Positions 47,291 through 56,096 of a stretch of DNA of 64,000 nucleotides are shown here, in pieces (the first letter of the stretch is position 1; every line of letters starts with the position of its first letter). The DNA is taken from positions 47,211 through 111,210 of IMG/VR virus record IMGVR_UViG_3300028920_000043; one strand, 5' to 3'. The position numbers and the translations under genes are program-made. The DNA is from a virus. The notes beneath the pieces are model-generated. The model did not search any database. It saw only the letters and a program-made list of their open reading frames with translations, and had not been told where the DNA came from.

Positions 47291-48535
47291 TTACTCCTTA
47301 GCAGATGTCGACTCCGGTTCCTTTTCTTTTTCTTTCTCTGGCTCTTTGGTTTTGCTTGGTTTCTTCTTCAAATCCTTATCGAAGAATATTTGACCTGCTT
47401 GATACTGCTCAGCAGAGAAAGTACAGATTCTCTCGAGAATCTTAACCGCCCTCTTTCCCGTATCTTCAAGAGAGAGTGTGGTTTTCAATTTAGAAAGCTT
47501 ATCAGCTTTCTGTTTCTGCGCTTTCTTATCCTTGCCGTCTGATTCCGATGCCACTATAACTTCAATGGCTTTCTTTATGTAATCGCTCTCATCTCCCCAC
47601 TTAGCATAGGTAAGAAGATCCCCATACGTTTCCCGAAGTACCGGAAGATCGTAAGCGATACAAGGCTTATCAAGGCATAATGCCTCTCCCGGTGGCATAC
47701 CAAATCCCTCAAACGATGACGGAAATAGTAATGCCTTTGATTCTGCCAGATGATGAAACTTAGCCTCATCCCCAATCTCATCGATAAGGGAAATCTTCAC
47801 ATCCGACTTTCTTGCCAGGGATTCCAATGAACTTCGGATTTCAGGTTTCAGAAATCCACCGATCATTACCAACTCAAAATCCTTTCCCTGGCGCTTGAGC
47901 TCCGCGGCTACCCTTACAGGGGTCTTATAATTCTTATGCTCGATGAATCTGGAAATAAAGATGAGCTTGTCTTTTTCCTGCACATCCTTTATTTCCGAAA
48001 TGATTTTGGAATTGAGCGGGGTATTGAGAACGTAAAATGTCATCGGATTGGCCTCATCCAAATATTCCACCGCATACTTTTTACCGATCTCGGTGGAACA
48101 GAATATTCCGGAACAGCCCATTGCGGAAAACTTGATACCGCGCCATTGCTGTTCAACGTGCTTTGGAATATCACCGTTATACTTAACGCTGTATTCCCAG
48201 TTCGGAACATCAAAGATGAGAAGTAGCAGATGCTTCAGAAAGCGCTTTGCAAAGAACTTCGCACGTTCCGCGGCATCGAATGGAACTCCCATGACAAAAT
48301 CATAGTCATTGACTCGATTCTCAATCTGCTTTTCCCACTTCTCTGAGGTTACCACGCCAACGCTGGAATCCAACACACTCAGTACCGGTGATGGTCTTTC
48401 CGTCAAGACATCAACTCCAATACCCTGACCTACCAGAGCATTAGCAAGAAGACATGCATGATATTTTCCACCGGCATAGAACTTATAGTTACTGTTCATA
48501 AATAGGGCTACTTTACCCTTTTTGCCGAAACCCAT
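47291..48535 (-). CDS. glycosyltransferase family 4
   Basis: YAGGKYHA, FISRFIEHKN, FPSSFEGFGMPPGEAL and IAYDLPVLRE motifs. Confidence 0.9.
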   Translation of the reverse strand: MGFGKKGKVALFMNSNYKFYAGGKYHACLLANALVGQGIGVDVLTERPSPVLSVLDSSVGVVTSEKWEKQIENRVNDYDFVMGVPFDAAERAKFFAKRFLKHLLLLIFDVPNWEYSVKYNGDIPKHVEQQWRGIKFSAMGCSGIFCSTEIGKKYAVEYLDEANPMTFYVLNTPLNSKIISEIKDVQEKDKLIFISRFIEHKNYKTPVRVAAELKRQGKDFELVMIGGFLKPEIRSSLESLARKSDVKISLIDEIGDEAKFHHLAESKALLFPSSFEGFGMPPGEALCLDKPCIAYDLPVLRETYGDLLTYAKWGDESDYIKKAIEVIVASESDGKDKKAQKQKADKLSKLKTTLSLEDTGKRAVKILERICTFSAEQYQAGQIFFDKDLKKKPSKTKEPEKEKEKEPESTSAKE

Positions 48536-48536
48536 T

Positions 48537-49103
48537 CTAATCCTCCTCATACCTAAATGGTTTCAACTCGTCAATAATCTTCAGACGTATCTTGTAATTA
48601 GAATATTTCTTTCCTATTAACTTTATCTTCTTTAGACGCCTAACCTCCTCTGTTATGTTTGACTGCCCTTTGAATACACGCCGAGCAGATGAGCGTGCCA
48701 ATCTCCTTTCCTTTACCGGCCAGTCAGGTGTTACCGGCCATTCATTATGCTTTTTAACTAACGCATAAATCTCTGTCCGTTTCCAATCCTTATACTGTGC
48801 CAGTACGTCAAGAAAATTGATAATCCTGTCAAACTCCTGTTGAGACTCCGGAATAAGCATGTTGTATCCGGTACTAGACGAACTACGAATTGGAGGACGA
48901 GTCGAGAGTTTCTCACTACCATTATCCTCTCCCGAAAGTCCTTTCTTTCTCCAACGATTATAGCACCGGGTACACATACCGCGGGCTTGCATATGGCATA
49001 TAATTCCTTGATATCTTTTCCCGAACTTTCTTCGGCACCTTATGCAGGTAGTACGCTTCCGCTTGTTTATTTTTCGCTTCCGTGTACCGCCCATGTATGT
49101 CAC
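48537..49103 (-). CDS. basic hypothetical protein with a CxxC...CxxC motif
   Basis: CIRC...H..ARGMCTRCY. Confidence 0.55.
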   Translation of the reverse strand: MTYMGGTRKRKINKRKRTTCIRCRRKFGKRYQGIICHMQARGMCTRCYNRWRKKGLSGEDNGSEKLSTRPPIRSSSSTGYNMLIPESQQEFDRIINFLDVLAQYKDWKRTEIYALVKKHNEWPVTPDWPVKERRLARSSARRVFKGQSNITEEVRRLKKIKLIGKKYSNYKIRLKIIDELKPFRYEED

Positions 49104-49115
49104 CCAAAAGAAGAG

Positions 49116-49286
49116 TTATTTATGTTTACTCGGCCTCCCCTCTCTTGGAATAAAATCTGTTTCATCGTTATAAAACTTCTTTCGTTTATTCTTCCTATCT
49201 TTGTGAAGTTGCCTTACTACCGGGATTAGTAAAGCAATCAAAAGAAGAACAAACAGAACAACAGAAAAATATACATAGGATGGCAT
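49116..49286 (-). CDS. small membrane protein (56 aa; absent from the ORF track)
   Basis: AGGAGG RBS; MPSYVYFSVVLFVLLLIALLIPVVRQ... Confidence 0.5.
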   Translation of the reverse strand: MPSYVYFSVVLFVLLLIALLIPVVRQLHKDRKNKRKKFYNDETDFIPREGRPSKHK

Positions 49287-49423
49287 ATTAGCCTCCTTTT
49301 CTTATCTCCTCCTTTTTCTGTTTGGTTTCAGAATCAAGAGGATGTTTCCGCTTTTCATTCTTGAATGCTGCTGTCTTGACATCCTTCGTCTTTTTTATCC
49401 TTATCTTTTCCACGTATAGCTCC

Positions 49424-49633
49424 TTATGCCAAGATATTTATATTTTTTCCCAAATGAGGATATACTGACTCTTCTTGGACCAATGATTCGGCAATCAATT
49501 TCATTTCGTTTTCTGGATTTATCTTTACTCGTCTTCGGCGTACTCTATCTGCTTTCATCATTTTTTGAACTTCTCTTATCCAATACTGCTGAGTTATTGG
49601 ATCCACTGATGAAGATATTCTTCCTACTCTCAT
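49424..49633 (-). CDS. hypothetical protein with a YjfB-like C-terminus
   Basis: Ends SVYPHLGKNINILA. Confidence 0.45.
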   Translation of the reverse strand: MRVGRISSSVDPITQQYWIREVQKMMKADRVRRRRVKINPENEMKLIAESLVQEESVYPHLGKNINILA

Positions 49634-49880
49634 ATCCTAATCCTCTAAGAATGTAATGAGTACTTTTCCATACCAAATAAAAAATAAATCCGAATAAACG
49701 AAGTATGAGCAAAAATGGTCCACCTATCAAGAGAACTGCTATAAGGACACAAGCCTTCTGCAGATTCTCTATACAAAATACATAGGCACCGTCCGCTTTT
49801 TTAGCGAACCAGTGATCTATTTCTTCAAAGGACATTGGATCCGTTGAGATCCAAATGAAGAATAAAGATCTATTTTAATA

Positions 49881-50093
49881 TTAGGCAATAGCTACCTCCT
49901 TAAAGATTTCTTTAAGATCGCGAATATTCAATAACCGGAAATTCCTACAACAACAAAAGCACTCTCCGGATACTGTCGTTTCCGATCTCTGTTCCAAAGA
50001 TATCGGTCCATTGCAACTAGGACACTTACAAAAGAAGCCCAGTCTTTTAGCGTTATATACAGGAAGCTTCTGGCACTTAAAAGTACCTGACAT
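49881..50093 (-). CDS. zinc-ribbon hypothetical protein
   Basis: CPSC...CFCC; start inferred at MSGTFK. Confidence 0.45.
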   Translation of the reverse strand: MSGTFKCQKLPVYNAKRLGFFCKCPSCNGPISLEQRSETTVSGECFCCCRNFRLLNIRDLKEIFKEVAIA

Positions 50094-50130
50094 TCCCGAT
50101 TCTTGTGATTGGCTTGTCTGGATTTTGAAA

Positions 50131-50850
50131 TTAAACTTTCCCAGACTCTGATAAATTGGGCTGTCCCAAATGTTTTGGCGTTTCACGCCCTCCTGGCAAT
50201 CCAACACGCTTTTTATTCCTCCTTTCGAGAATCTCAATGATTACTTTGTTTTTGTCAGCCTCATTACTCAATACCGGACAGTTCGTTTTATCCTTCATGC
50301 AGTCTTCGTATTGAGGACAATTAACCGTATACTCAAAACTGTATCCTAATGCTTGTCGTTTATCTGGAACGTCATCCCGAATATTCATCTCCAGATGCTT
50401 CACGATAACTTCTACTTTCTTCTTGCTGGTGCTACAAACAATCTCGACTACCGTTTCTTCTTCAACCGTTTCTATCATCTTCTTAATCTCCTCATACTCT
50501 TCCAACAGTCGAAGTTGGTTAACCTCATCCGCAACTGCTTCTAATCGTCTTGCTTTTTGAAGCCGCCGTGGCATCATATATTGCCGAACAATCTCCTTTC
50601 TCGCCGCCTTCGACCGCATGACATAGCAGACCTTTCCGATCTCAGCACACCGAGAACAATTAATCAAACCCTTCGGCAAATAATCGAGAGCTCTATAATC
50701 CCGTGTCGTTTCAATAAACGAGTCACCAACATCCATCAGTATTTCCTTGTTGACAACAGGACACCAAAACTTAATGGCTCTCGGGGCCATGGATGCTTCG
50801 ATGGCTTCCAACTGCTTCATCTTATCCTTTGGTCTTATTATGTCCGCCAT
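50131..50850 (-). CDS. hypothetical protein, Cys-containing
   Basis: 239-aa co-oriented ORF. Confidence 0.6.
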   Translation of the reverse strand: MADIIRPKDKMKQLEAIEASMAPRAIKFWCPVVNKEILMDVGDSFIETTRDYRALDYLPKGLINCSRCAEIGKVCYVMRSKAARKEIVRQYMMPRRLQKARRLEAVADEVNQLRLLEEYEEIKKMIETVEEETVVEIVCSTSKKKVEVIVKHLEMNIRDDVPDKRQALGYSFEYTVNCPQYEDCMKDKTNCPVLSNEADKNKVIIEILERRNKKRVGLPGGRETPKHLGQPNLSESGKV

Positions 50851-50851
50851 A

Positions 50852-51058
50852 TCAGTTCTCTCTACTTATTTGTTTTAGAGATTTAATCTCAATCCTATTA
50901 CCACAATTGAAACACTTACCATACCGCGTTCCATCATTTCTTTGCTTCAACTGTCCCCATCTAATAAACGCTTGGCATTTATCACAATGAACATACAACC
51001 GGCCCTGTGGTTCCGGACCGTTCTCCTTCAAAGACTTTTGTCTTTTGCGCTTTGCCAT
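50852..51058 (-). CDS. zinc-ribbon hypothetical protein
   Basis: GGAGG RBS; CDKC...CFNC. Confidence 0.6.
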   Translation of the reverse strand: MAKRKRQKSLKENGPEPQGRLYVHCDKCQAFIRWGQLKQRNDGTRYGKCFNCGNRIEIKSLKQISREN

Positions 51059-51522
51059 GTTACGCCTCCTTTCGGCAACACGTCAAGAAGCGCTTCCCCT
51101 TTCCTCCCTTCTATGTTTCAATATCATCTGCCTAACCGTCTGACCTATGATAATATCGGAATAGCGAGTTCTTTCTTCCTCAGACGGTATGTTCTGAGAT
51201 CTTCGTTCTTGTTTCCGCCTTTGCTTCTCCAAACGCTTTCGCTTACTCTTACTTTTAATCTTCTCCATCTTTTTCCTTCTTATCCACTATCAAAACGGTA
51301 TGAGTGAGCCCCAGCTTCTCGTAAGTCTCCATCCGGATAGAAATCCTGAACTTGTCGTTCTTGCAGTGAGGACAATATTCACAGACCCATTCATATGGAG
51401 GCACCTGAACGAACTCCTCACCAACTGCCAAAAAACCTTCGCACGATGGGCAAAGGGATCCCCAGCGGCATGTGCTTTCATCGATCTCCTGCCCTTCCGG
51501 AGTGTTCTTCAGCTCTACAGTG

Positions 51523-51774
51523 CTAAACAGACTCTGAGGAAGTTTGGTCTTTATTGTCATCGTCCTCACCTCCCGTCTCTGATATTGGTACCGGCTTACC
51601 ATCGATCCAAGCGTTGGAGGTTGTTACGATCTTGCATGAGATTCCGTCATCCACTTCCTTCCTCTCGCGCTTAATCATAAGATGATGCCATTTACCTTCC
51701 GGATCGAACTTGATCCATGAATCAACATCGATACCAAAACCAAATCCACTGGGAGATTGCCTTATAATTATCAT
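51523..51774 (-). CDS. small protein with a LamG-like fragment
   Basis: DSWIK...GKWHHLMI.R...WIDGK. Confidence 0.45.
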   Translation of the reverse strand: MIIIRQSPSGFGFGIDVDSWIKFDPEGKWHHLMIKRERKEVDDGISCKIVTTSNAWIDGKPVPISETGGEDDDNKDQTSSESV

Positions 51775-51998
51775 TTCTTTTTCCGCCTTTCCTTGAAGAC
51801 ACACTTGCATGTCTGATAAAGGCCAGTATCCCTATTCCGTCCTGTCCAACCTCTACCAAAACATTTCGGGCAACCAGGAATGGCATCCTGTTTTAATTTT
51901 ATTAATAAAGCCTCACCCCTAGTTGCCCGATCTTCGTTTATACTATCAACTTCTTTATCCGTCATCCTGTGTATTTTTCCCGTATTAGGATCCATCAT
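51771..51998 (-). CDS. hypothetical protein
   Basis: MDPNTGKI...CPKCFGRG....CKCV. Confidence 0.6.
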   Translation of the reverse strand: MMDPNTGKIHRMTDKEVDSINEDRATRGEALLIKLKQDAIPGCPKCFGRGWTGRNRDTGLYQTCKCVFKERRKKK

Positions 51999-52006
51999 AT
52001 CACCTG

Positions 52007-52561
52007 CTAATGAAGTCCATGTTTAGTCTTTATGTTGTCAATCACATTTCTTACTGTACCGTAATGGGAATTACCGACATTCTTAGCGACCTCCGCTATA
52101 CAATCAGTAACAGATGAGCCCTCCGACCCATTACGGTGTTTCTCAACACCTTTGGTCACTGTCTCCAATACTTTATTTACCACAGTAAATCTTGATCCAA
52201 ATACTGCCGTTCCCACAAATCCGAGTCCTGTTAGTATCCAATGCCACCATGGAGTTTTCTGTAATACTTTTTCGTGTTCTTCTTGATCTCTTTTGACTGC
52301 CACTGGATCATCAATATTAGTTCTTTCTTTTGGGGAACCGAGAGTTCTCTCATTCAATTCTGAATCAGTAACTTGATTCTCAAAATCTTCTTTCTTATTT
52401 TCTATTCCTGCCTTTTTCTTTGCCAGCATCTTTCTACTTCTGTCGGTCAGTCTACCTCCGGTCTTTTTTTCCGGTTCCTTGATCTGTTTCCATCCACACC
52501 CGCTGAAGGTCATCCATGAAAATAATAGCACCACAAAAATAACGAAGAACTTTTTCATCAT
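52007..52561 (-). CDS. putative lipoprotein with a second hydrophobic segment
   Basis: MKK + hydrophobic stretch + FSGC lipobox; WWHWILTGLGFVGTAVFG. Confidence 0.6.
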   Translation of the reverse strand: MMKKFFVIFVVLLFSWMTFSGCGWKQIKEPEKKTGGRLTDRSRKMLAKKKAGIENKKEDFENQVTDSELNERTLGSPKERTNIDDPVAVKRDQEEHEKVLQKTPWWHWILTGLGFVGTAVFGSRFTVVNKVLETVTKGVEKHRNGSEGSSVTDCIAEVAKNVGNSHYGTVRNVIDNIKTKHGLH

Positions 52562-52657
52562 CTTCTCCTTGCTTAGTAAATATTACGCCGATGCCAAATG
52601 CATCATACAATCATGGCCAGTGCTTTTAGTAACGATCTCTGTTTTCCAAAGGCAATG

Positions 52658-52948
52658 TCAGCTTTTCGTTCCTTTGGCCGGCTCCATCTTGACATACTTG
52701 ATATTATGATCCTTCACCCACTTCTTGACCTTCGTATAAGTCCATTTGCTTTTTGGAAAACGAAGTGCCTGTGGAATAACAGGATCGCTTGGAGCGGCGC
52801 GTCCTTTCAACTTGCCCCATATAACGCTCACCGTGGATGGAACACGGACACTTCCATAAATAGTCCCTCCTTTCGTTCTACGAAAAGTCTTACCCTCAAA
52901 ATCACCAGGATCTCTCAACCGTACAGCATGCTCATTCGGATACGGCAT
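52658..52948 (-). CDS. conserved phage protein (PYPNEH motif)
   Basis: GGAG RBS; MPYPNEHAVRLRDP..F...FRR...IWGKLK...QALRFP..KWT...EPA. Confidence 0.65.
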   Translation of the reverse strand: MPYPNEHAVRLRDPGDFEGKTFRRTKGGTIYGSVRVPSTVSVIWGKLKGRAAPSDPVIPQALRFPKSKWTYTKVKKWVKDHNIKYVKMEPAKGTKS

Positions 52949-53204
52949 TATCTTCTCCTTTCTTAAAAAGTTTAATATACGAGACAGGCGGTTCTGGAAG
53001 TTCAACGTAACCGATCGCTTTGAGTACGAAGAACTCGCAACCTTCTTTCTTGGCCAAGCGTTTGGCTTCTTCAATGGCCGCGGCTTCGGTTTCGTGGCGT
53101 TTGGTCGGCATTGTGTCGTAACCATTGCACTGCTCGGAACGCATTACCATCCAGAACTCGGTATTGGTCAGATATTCCTTTTCTTCCAAATACTCATCCG
53201 CCAT
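52932..53204 (-). CDS. hypothetical protein
   Basis: FWMV...PT.RH...A..EA.RLA....FFVLKA pattern, common in phages. Confidence 0.6.
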   Translation of the reverse strand: MADEYLEEKEYLTNTEFWMVMRSEQCNGYDTMPTKRHETEAAAIEEAKRLAKKEGCEFFVLKAIGYVELPEPPVSYIKLFKKGEDNAVSE

Positions 53205-53424
53205 AACCCTGCCTCCTGTCCAATTCCTTGACCAGTTTCATTATTGCGACCGCCTCTCCAAGAGATATGTTGGAACGGCCGGCAACATCAATTGCCAAGC
53301 GTGTTGCATCGACCGAGTCAAGACGCATATACGCTGCCTTTATTTCACTGAACTGATACGGCATATGCTGCGCCAAGACAAACAGCATGCGCTCGGTAAT
53401 TTTATCAATGTCTTTTACTACCAT
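53194..53424 (-). CDS. hypothetical protein
   Basis: GAGGA RBS; co-oriented. Confidence 0.5.
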   Translation of the reverse strand: MVVKDIDKITERMLFVLAQHMPYQFSEIKAAYMRLDSVDATRLAIDVAGRSNISLGEAVAIMKLVKELDRRQGYGG

Positions 53425-53433
53425 TGGACGTCC

Positions 53434-53841
53434 TCACTTCTTTTTTGTTTTCATTTGTATGAACCGGTTTACTTCGTGCTTTTGCTGTTGCGGCGGTTCG
53501 TACCGCTTTTGTTTTATATCGTCAAATATCTTTTTGATGTCCAATGTTGCATGGGGCCTGGGTGAGTCTCCTCCCTCTTCGAGTTCCGGCACTTGCATGC
53601 CGCGCAATCGCTCCAACACGCTCACGCGGACGCGAAGCTCTATGGTGTCATCCGTGACTGCCTTGATTGCTTCCCATTGCGCTCGATCCTGACGCATCTT
53701 GCTTTCCAATACGGCCAAGTCCGCATTGGTATTCCACACCCAGCCGGCGAGCGCCATGAGCATGACCGGCGTAACCGCCTTCAAAATGCTGGTGGCGAAT
53801 TTATTGTTCTGAAACAATCCGGTAATTGTGTCTCGCGTCAT
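53434..53841 (-). CDS. membrane-anchored coiled-coil protein
   Basis: Transmembrane segment VTPVMLMALAGWVW followed by heptads. Confidence 0.55.
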   Translation of the reverse strand: MTRDTITGLFQNNKFATSILKAVTPVMLMALAGWVWNTNADLAVLESKMRQDRAQWEAIKAVTDDTIELRVRVSVLERLRGMQVPELEEGGDSPRPHATLDIKKIFDDIKQKRYEPPQQQKHEVNRFIQMKTKKK

Positions 53842-54292
53842 TATTCTTTCTCCGGAATTCGTGAATGAAACACAGGCGCTTGAATCATAAACTTAAGCGT
53901 CTGAAGCGTCAGGTTTTGATTGACCAGTATTCTGTCCAGCATGTCCGGGACTTTTGTCAGGTTCTGCAGGCCGTGCAACTTCGCCAGGCATTTCTCGGTG
54001 CTCTGGTGCGCGCTGTCCAGCCTTTCCAGGAGTGCCTTGCGTTCTACCGCCAGGTCGTTCATCTTTCTTTCCTTTCCGCTGTGCATACAGTTTTATTGAC
54101 TCGAAAGTAACTGCCGGGATTAACCGGAACATCAATATTACCACGGCGATCATCAACCAGAACCCGTAAGTCTCGCTGTCCTTTGCCACCAATGCCAGGA
54201 CGGACAACAAGAACGCGAACTGCATCCAGTCAAACTTCATTATAACCGTTGGCGTCTCCTGAGAAGCTTGAACCATTCGTTGCTGCTGTGCT

Positions 54293-54640
54293 CTACGAAT
54301 CATTGCTTCCCTCATCTTTTCGTTCTGTTTCATTTTTCTCGATCTCCAACTTTCCAAGTTTAGGATCGTATTTGAAATTGAAAGAAGGCAGGGGTTCACC
54401 ACTTCCCAATCTGTAATGATACCACCCAATTCCCAATTTATTTTTGATCCGGTCTATTATCCGTCTCCACCATGGTCTCGGTTTTGGTTGCCAGCTACTA
54501 AAATCTATATTGACTATCTCACCATCCTTTGTGCAAAAAAATCCCTCAATACAGAAGTCACCATCGAGATTAAAATCTTCGTCATCTGATATTTCCAGAT
54601 AATCACCTTTACCATCGAATTTCAGATTCTTCTCTTTCAT
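54293..54640 (-). CDS. small protein beginning with a LamG-type N-terminal motif
   Basis: GGAG RBS; LKFDGKGDYLEISDDEDFNLDGDFCIEGFF. Confidence 0.55.
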   Translation of the reverse strand: MKEKNLKFDGKGDYLEISDDEDFNLDGDFCIEGFFCTKDGEIVNIDFSSWQPKPRPWWRRIIDRIKNKLGIGWYHYRLGSGEPLPSFNFKYDPKLGKLEIEKNETERKDEGSNDS

Positions 54641-54843
54641 AGTATCTCCTTTACTTCCTCCCAACAATCAGGACAATAGTGCATCCACGCATCTCCGATC
54701 TTTCGGATGACCCATCCGTCCGCTTTTAAGCCTTCGATAAACTCATAGAAATCCCCATCGGTATCATACCATTCACTTTCGGTATCACATCGAGTACAAT
54801 GAGTCCTGAAGGCACCGTCTTCCTTTTCGATATTATCCGACAT
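54637..54843 (-). CDS. zinc-finger hypothetical protein
   Basis: CTRC...GW.I......HYCPDC. Confidence 0.55.
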   Translation of the reverse strand: MSDNIEKEDGAFRTHCTRCDTESEWYDTDGDFYEFIEGLKADGWVIRKIGDAWMHYCPDCWEEVKEIL

Positions 54844-55400
54844 CTTTCTCGTCTCCCGGATGCTTACTAATTTCTGTTCCGATCTCGGTGAGCATGGTAT
54901 CAAGCACGTCCGCGGCTGTTCTACGCAGCCTCAGTAACTCATCGGCCTTTACCAAGCCATTCTCGGGCTCAAACGTCACTATATCGGTCAGTAACGTCAT
55001 AAGCTCCAGCTCCCTTTCCTGCAATAATGTTCTCACTTTCCGCCTCCTTAAAATAAATCCTGTGCTCATTCCCAACAATGGCACTCACTTCGTTTCCTGT
55101 CCCAACAATGCGGACAAATATCGCCGATGGTTTCCAACACTACTGCGACCATCTTATCCGCATCTTTCACGCATGGAACGACCACGAACTTTTCCCTCAG
55201 CTTTCGGATGAGTAAGCAATTTGTTGTGGTACTATTCCTGCTTGCCCATTCCGTCAGGCGTTCTCGTCCTGTCTTTTCCCTGTTCATCATTCTCCACCGG
55301 GCACGGAATGGTTGGAATCATATTCGATGTAGCCATTCCGCGCTTTTTCAATGCTTCGATGACTTTCGGATGCAAGAATATCTTACCAAATGGCGATTCC

Positions 55401-56060
55401 TTATCCGTCATCGTTATCCTCACCTCCAATACTCGATACTGAATCCCGTTTGCACTTTCGCTTCTTTCGATACTCCGCATAGGTCGCCGCGTCCATGATC
55501 TGATCATCTCGACACTTCGGACAGGTCAATGGAAATTCATTGCGTGAGCCTTCGAAGTCACAAGTATCACAATATAGAATCTCCTCACCACGTCTCAAAG
55601 TCTCTCGCATATTAAATGAAGTGCGCTTTGCTGACTCTACTGCCTCCGCGAACTCCCGGTTGAGTTTATCTTGATCTGCAACAAACACAAACCGGTAGCC
55701 TTTGACGTTCATGCCAAAAACAAAAAGCTGTGAATTAGATGGCGCGTCACTTCTCGCTTTCTTTACTACCTCACGCACTATCTGCCGCGTCCACATCTTT
55801 CCTTCTTCCGGACATAATATGATGATCTTGTCCAGAATGTCCTTCGTTATCATCACCGGATCATGTTGAATTGTGATCTTCTTTTCTGTCTCGTCCACCT
55901 CAATGATTTCATAAGGACGCGCCGCCGGCACCAACTGCGATCTCAAGAATTCGATTTCTCGCTTCGCCGCGTGCTCATACACTGTCTTCGGTCGGCGTGG
56001 ATCCATCAGCTTTTTAATCAGTGACTCATGCTTCTCTGCTTTGCTCCCTCTCTCACTCAC
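55401..56060 (-). CDS. hypothetical protein with a C-terminal zinc ribbon
   Basis: CDTC...CPKC. Confidence 0.6.
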   Translation of the reverse strand: MSERGSKAEKHESLIKKLMDPRRPKTVYEHAAKREIEFLRSQLVPAARPYEIIEVDETEKKITIQHDPVMITKDILDKIIILCPEEGKMWTRQIVREVVKKARSDAPSNSQLFVFGMNVKGYRFVFVADQDKLNREFAEAVESAKRTSFNMRETLRRGEEILYCDTCDFEGSRNEFPLTCPKCRDDQIMDAATYAEYRKKRKCKRDSVSSIGGEDNDDG

Positions 56061-56096
56061 TGCCTACTCACCTCCTTTCTCACCAATCACCAATAA

